Below are positions 59,862-64,000 of a DNA stretch of 64,000 nucleotides, in pieces. A program made the translations under genes and the position numbers. Each line of letters opens with the position of its first letter. Within the stretch, counting starts at the first letter, position 1. Below the pieces are notes generated by a model. That model did not search any database, had not been told where the DNA came from, and worked only from the letters and a program-made list of their open reading frames with translations. Source of the stretch: an uncultured Thermococci archaeon (lineage in GTDB: Archaea; CAYQAE01; CAYVLA01); NCBI GenBank assembly GCA_964549615.1, contig CAZJVP010000099.1, positions 32,001-96,000 of the forward strand. Reading direction: 5' to 3'.

Positions 59862-60812
59862 GCAGGTGACCCTGGCGCACAGGATTCCAAGGAGGCACAT
59901 CGCGGCTGATCCTAGGGATACGTCCTCTGCCACCTCAAAGATGCTGACATAGTCCACCTGTATCCACTCGTCCTGAACAAGGTCAACGTAGCCCCTGACT
60001 AAGCGGGTCCCGTCCCAGTAGATGCGGTAGTTGTCTATCCAGATTACCAGTCCCATCTCGGTGTCTGGCGGGGAATCCGTGCCGGCAACCACTCGACCGT
60101 CCACGGTGAACTGCGCCGAGCCGTCCCGCCAGACGATCCCGTACGTGTGCCAGTCACGCATATCCACTCCCTCGACGGGCTGCGTCAGCGTGATGTTGTC
60201 GTTCCTCACCGACATGACGTTAAAGCCGGGGAAAGGGTACTCCGAATGGCGCGATATGCTGATGAACCAGAGGACATTTGAAGGATTGGTCTCGCCCATT
60301 AGGTGGCCGAAGTTTCCGTTCCAGAAGCCCCATCCTCTCGTTCCGCCTCCAGCCTCGCCCGTGAGCGTATTGTCGTCGCTGCACCTGAGCCTTACTTCGA
60401 AACCTTTGTGAAGCCAGTTCAAACCTCGACCCCCCATGATGTCGTTTATCTCAGCGTCGGAGTACTCCTCGCTCGAAGATGCCGCGCTGACGTTGAGGAA
60501 GAGGTATCCGTTGCAAACCACAATTGTGCCCGTGCCTGGGTGATAGCCCCAGTACCAGTGATTATCCATGTCATCGAAGTCGTCGAAGAATATCAACCCT
60601 GAGGCGGATGTGGCGGGTCTCAGGGCCGGGCCGAGGCTGCACGCAAGTGCGGCACCCGCGATGAACAAGCCGAGAAGAACCATCGCCCTGGGTCTACCGG
60701 TGTAGCCCGATCCCGTGGGGCCCGCCTTAGGAGGCCTAGCCCCCGAGTGCGGAGAAGGGGCCCAGGTTCTCATCCAAGAACCAGCCTCTTCATCAGGTTG
60801 CGGTTTGACCAA
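59823..60812 (-). CDS. Secreted ConA-like/GH16-like beta-sandwich protein with C-terminal TM tail
   Basis: Signal-like segment, FFDDFD, GTRGWGFWN, WHTYGIVW...FTVDG, IWIDN, IQVDYV; tail EVAEDVSLGSAAMCLLGILCAR. Confidence 0.75.
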   Translation of the reverse strand: MVKPQPDEEAGSWMRTWAPSPHSGARPPKAGPTGSGYTGRPRAMVLLGLFIAGAALACSLGPALRPATSASGLIFFDDFDDMDNHWYWGYHPGTGTIVVCNGYLFLNVSAASSSEEYSDAEINDIMGGRGLNWLHKGFEVRLRCSDDNTLTGEAGGGTRGWGFWNGNFGHLMGETNPSNVLWFISISRHSEYPFPGFNVMSVRNDNITLTQPVEGVDMRDWHTYGIVWRDGSAQFTVDGRVVAGTDSPPDTEMGLVIWIDNYRIYWDGTRLVRGYVDLVQDEWIQVDYVSIFEVAEDVSLGSAAMCLLGILCARVTCLRDPLSSRPCVA

Positions 60813-60824
60813 CTTTCTCGCCCA

Positions 60825-61802
60825 TCACACCTTGTTGCCTCGGGCGCTCCGAAGATCCAGGGACCTTCGGGCCCGCCGCACAATCTCGCTTGCTCTTACG
60901 ACGATGGTCCAGAAGGCGCATAGCAGTCCCGTGCCTGCGGTGGGCCGACCCAATGCCCTGAGGAGGGCCATTCTGCACCTCAGGCTCAGCCACCTGACGT
61001 ACAGCTTCTCGCTTCCGGCATTCCCCGGCGGGTCTGCGTATATCCTGGTGACGGGGACCTCGCCAACCGTTAACCCGATCCTGGCCGCTTGTCCCCACAC
61101 TTGGAAGGGCATGGCATAACCCGTCTCAGTGATCTTCAGCTTCCTAAGCGCGTCCGTCCTGTAGGCCTTGAAGCCCGTGGCGGCGTCCGTGACGCGGTAT
61201 CCAGTCATTTTCGCCACGAAACGGGCCATCTCCAAGTTTGCCTTGAGCCTGTGCGGCGCCGGCTTCCCCACGTGCGGAGAAAGATCATGATACCGGCTTC
61301 CCGACACGATATCGTACGAGACCAGTTTCTCCACCAACCTGCGCAGATCTCTCGGGTCATGTTGGCCGTCGGCATCCATGGTCACCACGCCTTTGTACGG
61401 TCCTGCAAGCGCCGCGGCGAAGCCTGTCAGAATAGCAGAACCATACCCCAGGTTGGCGTGGTGGCGAACGCCCATGAGCCTAGGCATTTCGCTGCGGAAG
61501 CGGTCGATCACCGCCCAGGTCCCGTCCGTTGAACCATCGTCCACGACAAGCACGTCTCCCCTCCACTCCTGGGCAACGAGGTCCAGGACCCTCGGGAGGC
61601 TTTCCTCTTCATTGTGGGCCGGGATGACAAGCAATGCATCTTTGTCTGCGATTGCCAGGATTTCCTGCGTGCAGGTCCCGCCCTCGGAGGACGGGCGAGC
61701 TCGCATCTCGCACAAGCGCCTACGACCAACATCTTGCTTCCGCGTGAGTTGAAGAAACTTCCTGTCGAATGATATCCATCCGGGGATCACCCACACGTTC
61801 AC
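60825..61802 (-). CDS. GT2 polyprenol-phosphate glycosyltransferase (DPM1-like)
   Basis: IPAHNEE, VDDGSTDGT, GYGSAI, MDADGQH, GSRY, TDAATGFKAY, EVPV. Start is uncertain. Confidence 0.9.
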   Translation of the reverse strand: MNVWVIPGWISFDRKFLQLTRKQDVGRRRLCEMRARPSSEGGTCTQEILAIADKDALLVIPAHNEEESLPRVLDLVAQEWRGDVLVVDDGSTDGTWAVIDRFRSEMPRLMGVRHHANLGYGSAILTGFAAALAGPYKGVVTMDADGQHDPRDLRRLVEKLVSYDIVSGSRYHDLSPHVGKPAPHRLKANLEMARFVAKMTGYRVTDAATGFKAYRTDALRKLKITETGYAMPFQVWGQAARIGLTVGEVPVTRIYADPPGNAGSEKLYVRWLSLRCRMALLRALGRPTAGTGLLCAFWTIVVRASEIVRRARRSLDLRSARGNKV

Positions 61803-61815
61803 CGCCCGGCACGCC

Positions 61816-63456
61816 TCAAGCCGAGGGGCGGTCCACGTTTCTGTAGTGGTAGAGCTGTATGCCGACGTAGCTCCTCTTGTCCTGCAGCGAGAAGGCCTCG
61901 TCCAGATACTTCTTGACCTGGCCTTGGGGGTCAGTGAACTCCTGATGGGAAAGGACCAACCACACCCCGTTCACCGAGGGTTCGTTGCGCACGATCTGGT
62001 CCACCTGTTCTGCAGTGTAGGCCAACTTCAAGTAGCTTGAGTTTCCGCGATGCCGGTGGTAGTACCAGAACGGAACTACAACGTAGGGCGCGTTGAAGAC
62101 GACGACCTCGTCCGCGGCTAGGTGTTGAGAGACGTACCCTTCCAGCTCCCTCCACTGCTCCTTCTGCTCCTCGGCGTAGTACTTGGCCAGACTCGCTGAG
62201 CTGGAGATCAACAGGGAACACACCACGAGGATACCTGCTAGTCTGCCGAGGGCCAGAGCGGTGTTGCGCGTCCCGCGCGCGACCAGGATGTAGAAAGCTG
62301 GGGACGCAGCAATGGTGTAGTGTTTCGCATAGATGGGAAAGAGGAGTAGGGAGAAGGTGAAGGGAATGACGATGGACGATCCGAGCCATAGGAGGAGAAG
62401 GACAACCACGTCTAGGCGTGCCCCGAGGGAGAGCGCCCAGCGGAAGCCGGTCAAGGAGTCGATGGGGCATCGAGGCCGGAAACTGCCGCTCAGCTTGGCA
62501 AGCTCGAAGAGACCCAAGACCATGAGGAATGAGTACGCCATTAGCCTGATCTCGTTCTCTCCGCCGTAGTAGGCTAGGGTCTTGGGAAGATCAACGAAGG
62601 TTGGCTGTCTGAGCCAAGAGATCCCCAATATCAATCCGGGCTCCGCCCGCATGCCCCTGAGTACGTCCAGCTGGCGAAGCACGTTCAGAACCCAAGGAAG
62701 GAAGGCGATGAAGGGCAACCCGAACATCACCACCCAGGGAAGGCGCGCAACCGCGTTCGGCTTTGCAAGCGCGGTCATGGAAAGCCCCTCATCGGCCGGC
62801 GGGAGCCCCCCGTTTGCCGGGGTTCCGATGCGAGCTTGGCGCGCGCGGAGGCGGGCTCTGAGGTAGAGCGAGAAAATGGCCTCTGAGGCGACGATGAAAG
62901 ACCCGTAGACATGCGTGTAGAGAAGAAAGACGTTGGTCAGGGAAGCTGCAACCATGTCTCTTGCCCTTCCACTTTCCAGGTATCTGATGAAGAAGTAGTA
63001 GGACGCGAGACCAAGGAAGACCATCATCGAGTAGCCCCGGGCCTCCTGGGAATAGGAGATGTGAAGGCTTGATGCAGCCATCACCAGGGCCGAGATGAGC
63101 CCGACGCCGTCTCCGAAGAGGCGTCTACCCACCAGATAGATCATGAGCAGGGATAGAACCCCAAATGCTGCTGAGGGAATTCTCACCGCCAGCTCGCTGT
63201 CCCCGCAGATCGAGATCCAGCAACGCAGCATAACGTAGTGAAGGGGAGGGTTCGTCTCGCGCCCCATTCGGGACCAGAACTCCGCCGAGTTGCTCTCAGA
63301 CACCAAGACGCTCGTCGCCTCGTCCAGCCAAAGGCTCTCAGAGGAGATCTGCACCAACCTGAGGACTGCGCCTCCCGCGAGGATCGCCAGGAGGCAGAAA
63401 AGCACCCAACCTAGATGGACGTTTTGATCGGATGCCATTCTTCCCATCCGATGCAA
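61816..63456 (-). CDS. GT39/ArnT-like (GT-C) membrane glycosyltransferase (paralog of 41343..42821)
   Basis: WLDE, NPPLHY, RIPS, YSQEARGY, many TM helices. Confidence 0.9.
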   Translation of the reverse strand: MHRMGRMASDQNVHLGWVLFCLLAILAGGAVLRLVQISSESLWLDEATSVLVSESNSAEFWSRMGRETNPPLHYVMLRCWISICGDSELAVRIPSAAFGVLSLLMIYLVGRRLFGDGVGLISALVMAASSLHISYSQEARGYSMMVFLGLASYYFFIRYLESGRARDMVAASLTNVFLLYTHVYGSFIVASEAIFSLYLRARLRARQARIGTPANGGLPPADEGLSMTALAKPNAVARLPWVVMFGLPFIAFLPWVLNVLRQLDVLRGMRAEPGLILGISWLRQPTFVDLPKTLAYYGGENEIRLMAYSFLMVLGLFELAKLSGSFRPRCPIDSLTGFRWALSLGARLDVVVLLLLWLGSSIVIPFTFSLLLFPIYAKHYTIAASPAFYILVARGTRNTALALGRLAGILVVCSLLISSSASLAKYYAEEQKEQWRELEGYVSQHLAADEVVVFNAPYVVVPFWYYHRHRGNSSYLKLAYTAEQVDQIVRNEPSVNGVWLVLSHQEFTDPQGQVKKYLDEAFSLQDKRSYVGIQLYHYRNVDRPSA

Positions 63457-63561
63457 GGAGTCCGAGAACCAATAAGAACCTGAGCTAGAGTTGAGGTTGA
63501 AACGCTGCGATGGGTGCCCAAGAACAGGTCAGACGGGCACAATGCATCGCAGGCCTGCTGG

Positions 63562-64000
63562 ATGATCGGGTTGTCCCAGAACTATGCTTGCAAGTTCGAC
63601 GTCACGGTGGTCGGAGGAGGTGCTGCTGGATGCGCGGCCGCCCGCTTTCTGGCCGAGGCCGGAAGGACGGTTGCCCTAGTCGAAAGCAAGGGGATCGGCA
63701 GCCAGGCACACACACCCGTCACCTTCACCGAGACCCTCAGGGACTTCGGGCTGGAGGCGGCGGTTCACATATTCTACCGGCGCCTGTCCTATCACAGTCC
63801 GACAGGTGCGCTTTCCACATTGGAGATGGGCGAGCCAGCATGGGGATGCGTAGATTACCGCAAAGCGTGCAGGCTCCTGTGGCATGCCGCGGAGGAAGCC
63901 GGGGCAGTCCTGATCCAGGCGCGCGCCAAATCGCTCAGGAAGTCGGGCCAAGGCTTGGAGATCCTCCTTGATTCGGAAGCCGCGCTGAGATCCACGGTGG
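63562..64000 (+). CDS. Partial FAD-dependent oxidoreductase (geranylgeranyl reductase/lycopene cyclase-like; runs off right edge)
   Basis: Manual translation: MIGLSQNYACKFDVTVVGGGAAGCAAARFLAEAGRTVALVE...VDYRKACRLLWHAAEEAGA, open to the edge. Confidence 0.8.
   Translation, partial: MIGLSQNYACKFDVTVVGGGAAGCAAARFLAEAGRTVALVESKGIGSQAHTPVTFTETLRDFGLEAAVHIFYRRLSYHSPTGALSTLEMGEPAWGCVDYRKACRLLWHAAEEAGAVLIQARAKSLRKSGQGLEILLDSEAALRSTV

Noticed and set aside
63510-63971. 153-aa ORF in the supplied track
   Set aside because: Wrong frame; the overlapping frame from 63562 carries a clear GxGxxG FAD-binding motif.
1-64000. CRISPR array, tRNA/rRNA, IS element, integrase, AglB, flippase
   Set aside because: No regularly spaced repeats, cloverleaf-like sequence, or transposase/integrase/STT3/Wzx motifs recognised by eye. 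Dedicated scans were not run.

Overview
A gene-dense, GC-rich window, probably archaeal. Many genes have a TATA-like box (CTTTTAAG, CTTAATAA, CTTATTAT) about 20-26 nt upstream of the start codon, some with an A-rich BRE, which implies leaderless transcripts; DUF354 proteins and PEF-CTERM-like tails fit the same origin. Almost all 64 kb is one cell-surface glycan biosynthesis and decoration island. It encodes 6 GT4 and 6 GT2 glycosyltransferases, 2 GT-C (GT39/ArnT-like) membrane transferases, 2 DUF354 GT-B-like proteins, 3 NodB-type deacetylases, a PIG-L deacetylase, WecB, an SDR epimerase and a hexapeptide acyltransferase. The tailoring set is unusually large: 7 intact GNAT/FemAB-like proteins plus a frameshifted one, 3 PaaK/CapK-like adenylating ligases, 2 tandem B12-binding radical SAM enzymes and an AsnB-like ligase lacking its glutaminase Cys. 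There is also an SsuABC-like ABC importer with a PaaK gene inside it, several secreted or anchored proteins (including a ~1,700-aa multidomain protein), a VapBC toxin-antitoxin pair and two zones of gene decay. No rRNA, tRNA, CRISPR array, integrase or transposase was recognised. All functional calls come from motif reading by eye; no database search was run.
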